Shown one piece after another: positions 10,028 to 18,858 of a stretch of DNA of 64,000 nucleotides (the first letter of the stretch is position 1; every line of letters begins with the position of its first letter). Under the pieces are notes generated by a model. It saw only the letters and a program-made list of their open reading frames with translations. It was not told the origin of the DNA and ran no database searches. The position numbers were made by a program, and so were the translations under genes. Source of the stretch: Bauldia sp. (lineage in GTDB: Bacteria; Pseudomonadota; Alphaproteobacteria; Rhizobiales; Kaistiaceae). The stretch spans positions 11,792 through 75,791 of the forward strand of contig JANQRX010000011.1 of the NCBI GenBank assembly GCA_028284325.1, given 5' to 3'.

Positions 10028-10854
10028 TGGGCCACCAACCTGCCGCGAATGGCGGCCGACCGCTGGGACAGCCCGGACGACGTCAGGAACAGCCCGACGA
10101 AGAGAATGACCATCGCGAGCACGGGTGTCCCATACCACCACCAGCGCCCCGCAAGGATGGCCTGGAACGTCAGCGACCAGTAGAGCATGGTGCCGAGCGT
10201 GGTCTGCCCGGCGCTCGACAGGCCGATCACGGCGATGCTCGTCTCGAAGATGAGCGCCACGAGGACCGTGTTGATGAGATTGGCCAGCGCCCATGATGTC
10301 AGATAGGGCGCGAACTGCCAGACGATCACCCGTAGGCGAGACTCGCCGGACATCCACGCCGTGTGCACGAAGCCCCGCTCCCGCAGGCTGAGCGCCACCG
10401 AGCGCACCTGCCGCGCCGGGAACGGCCAGTTGAAGGCAACCAGCACCACGGCGACCACGGCCAGCGAAAGCTGACCGCGCATGATGGCCGCCACGAGGAT
10501 GAGCACCGGCAGGAGCGGAATAGCGATCATCGAGTCGGTGAAGAACGACACGACCCTGTCGAAGAGGCCGCCGATATAGCCAGCCGCCAGCCCGATCAGC
10601 ACGCCTATCACGGTTGCAGCGACGCCTACGGTAATCCCCAGAAGGAGCGAGTTGCGGACCGACCACGTCGCCAGCCAGAACACGTCCTGGCCCTGGCTCG
10701 TCGTCCCGAGCAGGTGTTCCAGGCCCGGCCGCCGGTTGCGCCCGATCGCTTGCCAGGCCGTCGGATCCTCGGGCGCAAATCCCGGAAGTATGAAGCCGAC
10801 GACGGCAAAGGTCGCCAGGATCACCAGTCCCAACACAAGCCGAACGTTCATCAT
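10024..10854 (-). CDS. ABC transporter permease (DppC/OppC type)
   Basis: 276 aa, six predicted TM helices, typical BPD-transporter inner-membrane component. Confidence 0.9.
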   Translation of the reverse strand: MMNVRLVLGLVILATFAVVGFILPGFAPEDPTAWQAIGRNRRPGLEHLLGTTSQGQDVFWLATWSVRNSLLLGITVGVAATVIGVLIGLAAGYIGGLFDRVVSFFTDSMIAIPLLPVLILVAAIMRGQLSLAVVAVVLVAFNWPFPARQVRSVALSLRERGFVHTAWMSGESRLRVIVWQFAPYLTSWALANLINTVLVALIFETSIAVIGLSSAGQTTLGTMLYWSLTFQAILAGRWWWYGTPVLAMVILFVGLFLTSSGLSQRSAAIRGRLVAQ

Positions 10855-11849
10855 CGATACCGGATTCGAGGATCAATGAACGGATACGTCAGGTCGACCA
10901 GGAAGATCGCGCCGGCAACCGCGATGATCGAGATCTGGATGACCCCCATCATCAGATTGTAGTCGCCCTGGACGACAGCGCTGAAGATCAAGGTACCCAG
11001 ACCGGGATACTGGAAGAGTATTTCCGTGAGAATGGACCCACTGAATATCAGTCCGATCTGGATCGCCAGGACCGTGACCTGCGGCAACAGCGTATTGCGC
11101 AGGATGTATTGCGTCAGAACGCGATGTTCAGCCACCCCGCGCAACCGCGCAAAGCGAACGAACTCCTCCTCCTGCACCCCGGACGACAACGCCTTCACCG
11201 AAATCACCCACCACCCCATGAGGCCGATGACGATCGAAAGAGCAGGCAGCGTGGAGTTGTAGATGACGTTCCACACGAACTGCAGCGTCCACGGCTCGCC
11301 AATCACCACCGCCGACAGCGGAAATACCCGAAAGGTGTAGCTGAGGACGATGCTGAGACCGAGCGCCAGGACGTAGTACGGCAGCGGATAGACGAAGATG
11401 GCGACGAACTCGACAGCTTTCGACAAGCGGCGATTGGGATAGACCCCCGCGAGCAGGCCGATGACGTTGCCCACGACCCAGCCGATGACGGTGGACGTGA
11501 TCAGAAGCCCGATCGTCCACGGCACGGCCCGGCCGATGAGTTCGCTTACCGGGGTCGGGAACGACGAGAACGACGGCCCAAAATCGAAACTGACGAAGTT
11601 CCGGTAGAGGTAGCGACCGTACTGCTCCCAAATGGATCCGTGCAGACCGAACGCATCCGAGAGCACGCGGCGCATCTCATCCAGCGCTGCCTCGCTCATG
11701 ATGGTGCCCTGCGACGTCATCGACCCGATCAACGCCTCGATCGGGTCGGTCGGAATGAGCCGCATGAGGACGAACACGACGGTCACCCCCACCCACACGA
11801 CGAGGACGAAGTTCAGAAGCCGTACGAGGATGAATCGAAGCGTACCCAC
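10851..11849 (-). CDS. ABC transporter permease (DppB/OppB type)
   Basis: 332 aa. N-terminus MGTLRFILVRLLNFVLVVWVGVTVVF is typical of DppB-like permeases. 4-nt overlap with the next gene. Confidence 0.9.
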   Translation of the reverse strand: MGTLRFILVRLLNFVLVVWVGVTVVFVLMRLIPTDPIEALIGSMTSQGTIMSEAALDEMRRVLSDAFGLHGSIWEQYGRYLYRNFVSFDFGPSFSSFPTPVSELIGRAVPWTIGLLITSTVIGWVVGNVIGLLAGVYPNRRLSKAVEFVAIFVYPLPYYVLALGLSIVLSYTFRVFPLSAVVIGEPWTLQFVWNVIYNSTLPALSIVIGLMGWWVISVKALSSGVQEEEFVRFARLRGVAEHRVLTQYILRNTLLPQVTVLAIQIGLIFSGSILTEILFQYPGLGTLIFSAVVQGDYNLMMGVIQISIIAVAGAIFLVDLTYPFIDPRIRYR

Positions 11850-11885
11850 GATCCTGCCGCCCGGACTAGAAGACCAGCCCCGACC

Positions 11886-12995
11886 TTAAATCACCTCCAG
11901 GTAATCGCGATGGGGCAGTTCCGGGAACGGCGCGGTCGGCAACGTCTGGTACCAGAATGACGTCGAGGCGATGTCGTCCTGCAGGGGCAGATACCGCCGC
12001 TCGTTCAGTTCGGTTCGCCAGCCGAGGGCCTGGATGGTGACCCGCAACCGTTCGCGGAAGCGGATCGGGTCCGTGACGTGCCAGCGGTACATGCCGAACC
12101 GCTGCTGCGACGCATAGGCGCCGTCCGGACGAATGATCTGATGTAAACCGCTATACGGCGTCGTGAACGACGTGTAGGCGCGGGGCATGGTGTCTTCGCA
12201 CGTGCCTATGTCGAAGTTGTGCGACCCGCAGAAATAGTCTTCCGTGCCCGTGCCGCAAATCGTCGGATAGGCATCGTCATCATCGAGGAAGAACTTGATC
12301 TCGCCTTCGCCCCACCAGCCCGAATTGTTGACCCCCCAGGCGACGTAGGTCCCGACAAATTGACCCTGACCGACAATGCCGTCGAGGAGCGTGTGGTCGG
12401 TCTTGTAGGGAACCGGATTGGTACGGCGGAACTGCGCGTGGAAATATGCGCACTGTTCGGGAACATCGGCCAGCGCGTAGTTGATCTGATAGTAGACCGT
12501 GGTGTCCTCTTCGTCCCGGTTCTGCAACGTCAGCCGTGCACGCTTGCGGAACGGCATCTCCCAATAGCAATTGAAGCCGCGCGCCGGGTTCACGCACACT
12601 GCCAGGGACGACACCTGGGCAAACCGCTCCCAACCGCTGCAGAAGAAGTCGCCGATCGGGGCCTCAACGGATGGATGCTCCTGATCGTCCCAGTAGATTC
12701 GCAGGATCAGGTCGCGGAGCTTCGCGTTGCCCAGGCAGGTGATCCAGATCTGCTGAATGGCTCCCTGTCCGCTGATGTCGGCAAGCTCGGCCGTTTCGCC
12801 GGGAAGGAGTTCGATCGAAGGCGAAATCTTCCACCCCTGGCCCAAATCGCGGGCGGGGCGCGCGCCTGTCCCCTCTGTGGCGCGGCCACCGCCGCCCACC
12901 TCGCCGTGCGGATTTTCCGGCGAGATCGATCGGGATTCTGCCGTCGAAAGCTGCGACAGATTTCCTATGTGCGTTCCAAGTCCGTCGAATGACAT
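11886..12995 (-). CDS. DUF2961 / glycoside hydrolase family 172-like protein
   Basis: 369 aa. The jelly-roll-type motif WGEGEIKFFLDDD...CGTGTEDYFCG is the DUF2961 hallmark as I recall it. No signal peptide. Confidence 0.75.
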   Translation of the reverse strand: MSFDGLGTHIGNLSQLSTAESRSISPENPHGEVGGGGRATEGTGARPARDLGQGWKISPSIELLPGETAELADISGQGAIQQIWITCLGNAKLRDLILRIYWDDQEHPSVEAPIGDFFCSGWERFAQVSSLAVCVNPARGFNCYWEMPFRKRARLTLQNRDEEDTTVYYQINYALADVPEQCAYFHAQFRRTNPVPYKTDHTLLDGIVGQGQFVGTYVAWGVNNSGWWGEGEIKFFLDDDDAYPTICGTGTEDYFCGSHNFDIGTCEDTMPRAYTSFTTPYSGLHQIIRPDGAYASQQRFGMYRWHVTDPIRFRERLRVTIQALGWRTELNERRYLPLQDDIASTSFWYQTLPTAPFPELPHRDYLEVI

Positions 12996-13253
12996 AACGA
13001 GCCCCGTTCTGGTCGATACCGGGTTCTTTTAACGTTGGGTGACCCGGGCCTATCTTCGATTGAAAACCTAGTGTCGTCGAACAGTCCTGATCGGTGTGCC
13101 GACCATCAGATGCCGCGACGTGCGTGTCCGGTTTCGGGTCATCGGCGCCGGGATGACCTTCGGTCGCGGCCGGCGCCGATGATTTTCGCGTTCGGAACCG
13201 CAGGGCGCAGCCGGAAATCTGCTCCGCCAACGCCCTGCAGCACTGGTCGACGT

Positions 13254-15161
13254 CTACGAGCCCGAGGGTTCGATCTCGCCCACGATCACCTTGAAGGTGG
13301 TCCACCACCACCATGGACCCTCGTAGTAGTTCTCCGAACTCGGGAAGTTCTTCCAATAGGTCGTGTTGACCGGAACGAACTTCGACGTACCGACCATGTC
13401 GATCACCGGCATGCCGACGACCAGCTCCTGCAGAACCTCGGTCCAAAGCGGCACGATTTGCGGGTCGTCGGAGGGCAGTGCGACGATCTGGTCTATGAGC
13501 GCGGAGATCTCAGGCGTCGAGTAGCGCTCGCGGTTGTTGCCCGTCGACACGCCGACGTCCTTCACATAACGCTCATGCCAGGTCTCCAGCCCATGGAAAA
13601 GATCCGGGGCAACCGCGCAGGAATTCGGCCACCAATACGACCCGGCCTGATAGTCACCGGTGTTGTAGTTGGTCCAGAACGGTCCGCCCTGCAGCTGCTG
13701 GACCTCGACGTTGACCCCGAAGGCACGCCACACATTGGCGACCGCGAACGCCAGCCGCTGCGAGAGCACCTCGAAGTCGGCCGGGGCGTTGATGAACAGC
13801 GTCCACGGCGTGCCGTCCGGCAGCAGCCATTTGCCGTCATCATCCCGCGAGAAACCGACACTTTCCAGGAGCTCTGCTGCCTTCTCGGTGTCCTGCTTCC
13901 ACCAGCCGACGCCGAAGAGAGCGCGCAGCTCCTCGTCGGTCTCCGGCAGTCCTTCCGCCCCGTCGGCCCGAAGCCACTCCGCGATGCGCAGCGCAACGTC
14001 CGGATCGAACGGCTTGTACCCGTCCGGCAGGGCGAAGTCGCCCAGCCAGTCGGCCATGGGCTGATGATAGGTTTCCATCAGCACCTGGATCGGCGGCGCA
14101 TTCAAAGGCGAGACCCGCAACATGCCATTGAAGGTGTTGATGCTGACATCGACGATGTTCGTCGCCAGCGCCAGCGCCCAGCGCACCTGCCATTGGTCGT
14201 AGGGCGCGACTCGCGTGTTGAAGTGGATGCCGCGCTCGCACGGATCATCCATGTTGGCCCATGGGAAGCCGGGGAACCACACCTCGGTGTTCGGATTGGC
14301 GTTCCTCAGGACGTCCCAGCCGTCCGGCGAGATGTCCATGAGGACATCCAGGTCGTTCTGGGCCATGGCCAGCACACGCTTCTCCTCCGGACCGTAGAAG
14401 CGCCAGAGAATGTAGTTCGGCGCCGGCTCCCGGCCGTTGTTGAGCACGGCCAGATCGCTGTCAGCCCAATCGTCGCGCTTCTTCCACAGCTTCCAGTTCC
14501 CGTTCGGGTCCCCATCCACCACGACATATGGCGCCGTCGTCACCGGGGGGTAGAAATCGAACGCCATGACATCTTCGTCGCGGAAGACATGCTCGGGCAC
14601 CACGCGGAAGCTCGGCCCCCAGATCACCGACCCGAAGACCTTTTCGAAACGCGGCAGCGGCTTTGTGGTTTTGACGCGGACCGTCAGGTCGTCCACCTTC
14701 GTCATGCTTTCGAGGTTGTCGACCACGACCCCGCGGATTGGAATGTCCTCGTTGTCGAGGAGCATCTGCGCCGTGAAGACAACGTCGTCCGCGTTGAACG
14801 ACTCGCCGTCGCTCCAGGTGATCCCTGCGCGGAGCTTGATCTCGAACTCGGTGAAGTCGTCGTTGAGCGCCTTCGGCATCTCCGCCGCCAGGAACGGGAA
14901 CATCTCGCCGGTCGGCGTGTGGATTTCCCATAGCGGACTGAACGCCATCTGGTTGCCGCCCTGCCCCATATTGGTGATGCTTGCATATGGGTTCGCCTTG
15001 AACGGGCTGGTGACCGTCCCGCCGAGCTGATCGACGATGAGCGTTTCGGCCCGCGGCGTGCCGACCTCGGTTGTTTGCGCGGCCGCGGGGGCTTGCATGA
15101 CAAGCCCGATTACGCCGGCCGCGATCGCGAGCCCAAAGAGTTTATGCTGGATTGCCGACAT
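13254..15161 (-). CDS. ABC transporter substrate-binding protein, family 5 (peptide/oligosaccharide type)
   Basis: ATG at 15161, preceded by GAGGGAGGAACAG. Signal peptide MSAIQHKLFGLAIAAGVIGLVMQAPAAAQ. About 635 aa, the size and composition of a family-5 SBP. Confidence 0.88.
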   Translation of the reverse strand: MSAIQHKLFGLAIAAGVIGLVMQAPAAAQTTEVGTPRAETLIVDQLGGTVTSPFKANPYASITNMGQGGNQMAFSPLWEIHTPTGEMFPFLAAEMPKALNDDFTEFEIKLRAGITWSDGESFNADDVVFTAQMLLDNEDIPIRGVVVDNLESMTKVDDLTVRVKTTKPLPRFEKVFGSVIWGPSFRVVPEHVFRDEDVMAFDFYPPVTTAPYVVVDGDPNGNWKLWKKRDDWADSDLAVLNNGREPAPNYILWRFYGPEEKRVLAMAQNDLDVLMDISPDGWDVLRNANPNTEVWFPGFPWANMDDPCERGIHFNTRVAPYDQWQVRWALALATNIVDVSINTFNGMLRVSPLNAPPIQVLMETYHQPMADWLGDFALPDGYKPFDPDVALRIAEWLRADGAEGLPETDEELRALFGVGWWKQDTEKAAELLESVGFSRDDDGKWLLPDGTPWTLFINAPADFEVLSQRLAFAVANVWRAFGVNVEVQQLQGGPFWTNYNTGDYQAGSYWWPNSCAVAPDLFHGLETWHERYVKDVGVSTGNNRERYSTPEISALIDQIVALPSDDPQIVPLWTEVLQELVVGMPVIDMVGTSKFVPVNTTYWKNFPSSENYYEGPWWWWTTFKVIVGEIEPSGS

Positions 15162-15557
15162 CTGTTCCTCCCTCACCTTTGGTTTGATGTCACTACGCAT
15201 GCTCCGAACCCTCCATTTCGGCGCCGTCGTTATCTATTCCGGGTTATTGAAGCGCCTCACTTTCCAGTCGGCTCGGAGCCATCCAAACTGCGAACCCGCT
15301 CGGGCAAGATGACCAACCTCGAACCCACGCAACGCGATCAACATCAACGCGGTCATGCCCGACGCGTTGCGCGCATATATAAACTAGCTGTTCCTATTTG
15401 ACCAGATATCCGGCGCCACATATGGCGATGAAATCGCCGACGCGGCCTAATCCGTTGGTCTTGTTGCCTTTGTTGGCTGGCTTGCGGTCAGTCCGTTCAG
15501 GGACGTGGGTGCCGGCCGATACCGATCGAGTAGAACCACCGATTTCGCTGAGTCGGT

Positions 15558-15598
15558 TGGTTGGCCGGGGCAGGATCCGAACTTGCGACCTTCAGGTT
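15558..15598 (-). pseudogene. decayed 3' half of an initiator tRNA-Met-like gene (att-type relic)
   Basis: The reverse complement reads AACCTGAAGGTCGCAAGTTCGGATCCTGCCCCGGCCAACCA. The canonical alphaproteobacterial tRNA-fMet 3' half, from memory, is AACCTGAAGGTCGCAGGTTCAAATCCTGCCCCCGCAACCA. Homology starts in the anticodon loop. The T-stem is broken and there is a 1-nt indel. No 5' half is present. Confidence 0.4.
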
Positions 15599-15773
15599 GG
15601 TACCCATGACGGTCAGCGCTCGCGATGATGGCCGGCCGAGACAGAACGCTGTTGTGGGGGACGGAGTGGGTGGCGACCTGCAGGCGGTCGCCGACAAAAC
15701 GGAGCCTCGAAAAGAAGCGAGAGCATCCGGGGAGCAAGCCCCACCTAACCCCCTGAGATCATCACCACCGATC

Positions 15774-15823
15774 ACAGCTTCCCAAGCCGCATGTCGTCGG
15801 TTCGATTCCGATCACCCGCTCCA
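15774..15823 (+). repeat. direct repeat of tRNA-Gly(CCC) 3' half (attR-like)
   Basis: acagcttcccaagcCgCatgtcgtcggttcgattccgatcacccgctcca versus 7214-7263. There are two T>C differences, at 15788 and 15790. Confidence 0.9.
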
Positions 15824-15868
15824 GACATCCCGTCTCACACACGCCTCAAGACGTTGATCATCTGAAAC

Positions 15869-16861
15869 TCAGGCGTCCGCGGGGTAGACGACGTCGGCCG
15901 GCTGTCCGGCGGTCAGGGAGGAAAGTGCCGCGAGCTGGATCGCCAGCGAAATCGACGCCTTGCCGATGGGGCTCTCCGGCGGTGCACGGCCGTCGATGGT
16001 GTTGATGAAGGCCTGGTGTTCGCGCTCATAGACCGGATCGCGGTCAGTGGAGAACGTCTCGTGTGTCGCCTGACCGTCGGCATGAATGTCGAGGTTGCCG
16101 CCGTTGAAATCGAGCATCGCCGACCCGCGCGACCCGATCAGATGGTAGCGGTGGACTTCCGGCTCCTGCAGGTAGTCGAAATGGGTGTATGCCGAAAACG
16201 GCGCGTCGTAGCTGTACTGCACCGACACCAGATCGGGATCGGACGTCGGTGATCGATTGCCGCCGCGCATGCCCGAAGCGAACACCGACCGGGGCCGCAA
16301 TCCGGACAGCCAGACGATGGCGTCCGGCTGATGCACATAGTCCAGGAGCAGCGCACCAAACGTCGCCGACTGGTAACGCGATATGGAGTTGGTCAGCGTG
16401 CGATAGCTGCCGACATGGCAGGCGACGTGCAGGAGGTCACCGAAGCGCCTTTCCTCCACCAGCCGCTTGAGCCGGAGCATGCCGGGATGGAAGTGCAGGT
16501 GAAACCCGTAGCACAGCACCCGATCGCCATCGCGGCTCTGGTCAAGCAGGTCTTTCGCGTCGGCCAGGGAATCGCTGACCGGTTTCTCGCACAGGACGTG
16601 ACATCGCGCCTCCAGCGCCGAGCGACACTGTTCCACGTGAAGATGGTGCGGTGTCGCGATCACCATCGCGTCCGGACCGGTGTCGATCACCTCGTCCCAG
16701 GTACGGCAGAAGGCGAGCGCCCGGCCGTCGAGTTTCTTCTCGGCCGCAGAAAGCGCCTGCCCGGACGAATCCATCACCACGACCGAAACATCACGCCGCT
16801 TCGACAAAAGGCGAGCATGACGGAGACCGATCGAGCCAAGGCCGACAACAGCAACTTTCAC
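15869..16861 (-). CDS. Gfo/Idh/MocA family oxidoreductase
   Basis: GTG at 16861 (VKVAVVGLGSIGLRHARLL Rossmann start) within ORF 15869..17026. EKP motif (LCEKPV). 330 aa. Confidence 0.85.
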   Translation of the reverse strand: MKVAVVGLGSIGLRHARLLSKRRDVSVVVMDSSGQALSAAEKKLDGRALAFCRTWDEVIDTGPDAMVIATPHHLHVEQCRSALEARCHVLCEKPVSDSLADAKDLLDQSRDGDRVLCYGFHLHFHPGMLRLKRLVEERRFGDLLHVACHVGSYRTLTNSISRYQSATFGALLLDYVHQPDAIVWLSGLRPRSVFASGMRGGNRSPTSDPDLVSVQYSYDAPFSAYTHFDYLQEPEVHRYHLIGSRGSAMLDFNGGNLDIHADGQATHETFSTDRDPVYEREHQAFINTIDGRAPPESPIGKASISLAIQLAALSSLTAGQPADVVYPADA

Positions 16862-16871
16862 AGAAGCAATC

Positions 16872-17690
16872 CTACTTCCAAACAGAGAAGCCGCCGTCGA
16901 CAACGAGATTATGCCCGTTGACGTAGTCCGAGGCGGCGGCGGCAAGAAACAGGGCGGCGCCCTTGATGTCGACGGTGTCACGTCCCATGCGGCCGACCGG
17001 AACCTTTCGCGCGTAGTCCGCGACAAACCTGTCCGGGAGCCGGCGCGGCCCGAACCCTCCTGGCGAAATCGCGTTCACACATATGCCGTGTGGTCCGAGC
17101 CATGCCGCCAGATCCCGCGTCGCGCCGATCACCCCGGCCTTGGCGGCGGCATAGTCGATCGGCTGGCCGGCCATGCCGGCGTCGGCATAGATCTGCCGGT
17201 CACGGCCGACCAGGCCGGCGATCGACGCGATGTTGATGATCTTGCCGGTCCCGCGGGTCATCATGCCGTCGGCAACCGCGCGGCACATGAGCAGCGTGCC
17301 GGTGAGGTTCACCTCGATCATGCGCCGGATCACCGCCGTGTCGCGCCGCGTGAGCTCCGCCGCCGACTCGCTCGATCCGCCGCCGGCATTGTTGATCAGG
17401 ATATCGATCGGCCCGAGCCGTTCCGTCGCCGTCGCTGCCGCGCCCGCAACCGACTCGTCGCGGGTGACGTCAAGCTCGATCCCGATCGCGTGCCCACCGC
17501 CGTTTACCAGGCGCTCAGCGGCTGCGATGGCCCTGGCACGGTCACGCGAGGTTACGGCGACACGGGCACCGGCCTCGCTCAAGGCCTCGGCCATGTCGTA
17601 GCCGAGGAAGGAGGCGCCGCCGGTGATGAGCGCGTTCCGTCCGGTCAGGTCGAACAGCGCCGGGACGCGCGGCTGATCACTCGTCTGCAT
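16872..17690 (-). CDS. SDR family oxidoreductase (gluconate 5-dehydrogenase-like)
   Basis: ATG at 17690 (MQTSDQPR...). TGGASFLG cofactor motif, NNAG, and the YAAAK catalytic YxxxK. 272 aa. Confidence 0.88.
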   Translation of the reverse strand: MQTSDQPRVPALFDLTGRNALITGGASFLGYDMAEALSEAGARVAVTSRDRARAIAAAERLVNGGGHAIGIELDVTRDESVAGAAATATERLGPIDILINNAGGGSSESAAELTRRDTAVIRRMIEVNLTGTLLMCRAVADGMMTRGTGKIINIASIAGLVGRDRQIYADAGMAGQPIDYAAAKAGVIGATRDLAAWLGPHGICVNAISPGGFGPRRLPDRFVADYARKVPVGRMGRDTVDIKGAALFLAAAASDYVNGHNLVVDGGFSVWK

Positions 17691-17823
17691 TGGTCCCCAA
17701 TCCGCGCGCCCATGACCCGGAGCGATGCCGGTGCAGATCAATCCCACAGGAAATCTGAAGCACTGATTGCACATTATTGCCACGCGCCGCGGCCTTGAAT
17801 TAGTCTCAGGCGTCAGAAATCTA

Positions 17824-18858
17824 ATGAATTGCGACAACCAGACCGCGAAACCGGCGATGGCGAAAGACAGTCCGAAACTCCCGCGCCACTTCGTCATAGC
17901 CGTCGAGCCGGAGTTCTCGTTCAATTCGTACATTCTTCTCACCGAGGTTCTGCGCATCGCGAACCAGAACACCGGCCGGAACCTGGTGGCGTGGCAAACC
18001 GTGGCGGCGGATCGAAACCCGGTCCGCGCCACCAACGGCATGTGGATCGACATCGACACGCCGTTCTCGGACGTCGAGGACGCCGACGTGGTGATCGTCG
18101 TGGGCGGCAACCTCCCGACGCAAACGCTCCACCCCAAACTGCTCGACCCGTTGCGGCGCATGGCACGACACGGAAAGCTCGTCGGGGCGACTAATGCCGG
18201 AACGTTTGCACTGGCGCGCGCCGGTCTCCTCGACGGTTACGAGTTCACCACCCACTGGGAAACGCGCTCGACCTTCAGCGAGCATTTTCCCGAGCTCGTG
18301 CCGTCGTCCGCCATCTATGTTCACGATCGCGACCGCTTCACCTGCGCCGGTGGAACGTCGACCATCGACGCGGCCCTGGATATCCTGTCGGACTATTTCG
18401 GCCCGGAACTCTCGGCCGAAATCGCCAACGGCGTCGTGCATCACATTCGCCCGGCCTCCACGCCACAATTGAATCGCGATCGCAAGCCCAATCCGGCATC
18501 GCTGTCGCGGCGCATCGTTCAGCTCATGGAGGCCAACATCGAGAGTCCGCTGTCCACCGACGAGCTGGCGCAGCGGCTCGACATCAATCGGCGCACGCTG
18601 GAGCGGAAATGCTTCAAGGGTCTCGGACAGACGCCATCGAAGCTCTATCTGAAGATCAGGCTCCAGGCCGCCCGCAATCTCCTGTTCTACGACGACCTGC
18701 CGGTCGGCGAAGTCGCACTCATCTGCGGGTTCACCTATCCCAGCGTTTTCAGCCGGGCCTTCAAGAAGCAGTTCTCGATCTCGCCGCAGAAGTTCCGGGC
18801 CAACTTCCGGATGCAGCAGGGCAAGTCCATGCGGCCGGAGCTGTCACGCGAGCTCTAG
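17824..18858 (+). CDS. GlxA-type AraC family transcriptional regulator (DJ-1/PfpI-like N-domain + HTH)
   Basis: Class-I glutamine-amidotransferase-like N-terminal domain followed by a C-terminal AraC HTH (LSTDELAQRLDINRRTLERKCF...ICGFTYPSVFSRAFKKQF). The start is uncertain: 17767, 17824 or 17857. Confidence 0.85.
   Translation: MNCDNQTAKPAMAKDSPKLPRHFVIAVEPEFSFNSYILLTEVLRIANQNTGRNLVAWQTVAADRNPVRATNGMWIDIDTPFSDVEDADVVIVVGGNLPTQTLHPKLLDPLRRMARHGKLVGATNAGTFALARAGLLDGYEFTTHWETRSTFSEHFPELVPSSAIYVHDRDRFTCAGGTSTIDAALDILSDYFGPELSAEIANGVVHHIRPASTPQLNRDRKPNPASLSRRIVQLMEANIESPLSTDELAQRLDINRRTLERKCFKGLGQTPSKLYLKIRLQAARNLLFYDDLPVGEVALICGFTYPSVFSRAFKKQFSISPQKFRANFRMQQGKSMRPELSREL

Larger units (their letters stand above)
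7264..15823. mobile_element. putative integrase-less genomic island at tRNA-Gly (IclR + family-5 ABC importer + GH172)
   Basis: Bounded by the intact tRNA (7189-7263) and a 50-nt direct copy of its 3' half (15774-15823, 48/50 identical). A 17-nt exact repeat cgcctcaagacgttgat lies 17-19 nt past each CCA (7280-7296 and 15842-15858). No recombinase gene is present. Confidence 0.5.

Noticed and set aside
12996-13253. A 258-nt spacer between the SBP and GH172 genes containing hairpins (for example GTCATC-N8-GATGAC), considered as a riboswitch or REP element
   Set aside because: No recognisable riboswitch core and no second copy in the window. It is probably an mRNA-stabilising or attenuating structure, and there is not enough evidence to call a feature.
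15540-15640. Possible tmRNA (ssrA) or intact tRNA on the minus strand
   Set aside because: Only the 3' half is tRNA-like. There is no matching 5' acceptor strand or D-arm, no tag-peptide reading frame, and the T-stem is mismatched. I treat it as a relic fragment.
7264-15868. Integrase, excisionase or transposase expected next to the tRNA and its repeat
   Set aside because: I inspected all supplied ORF translations in 7264-7346 and 15162-15868 and in the cargo genes. None shows tyrosine- or serine-recombinase or DDE motifs, so the island is not called as an active mobile element.
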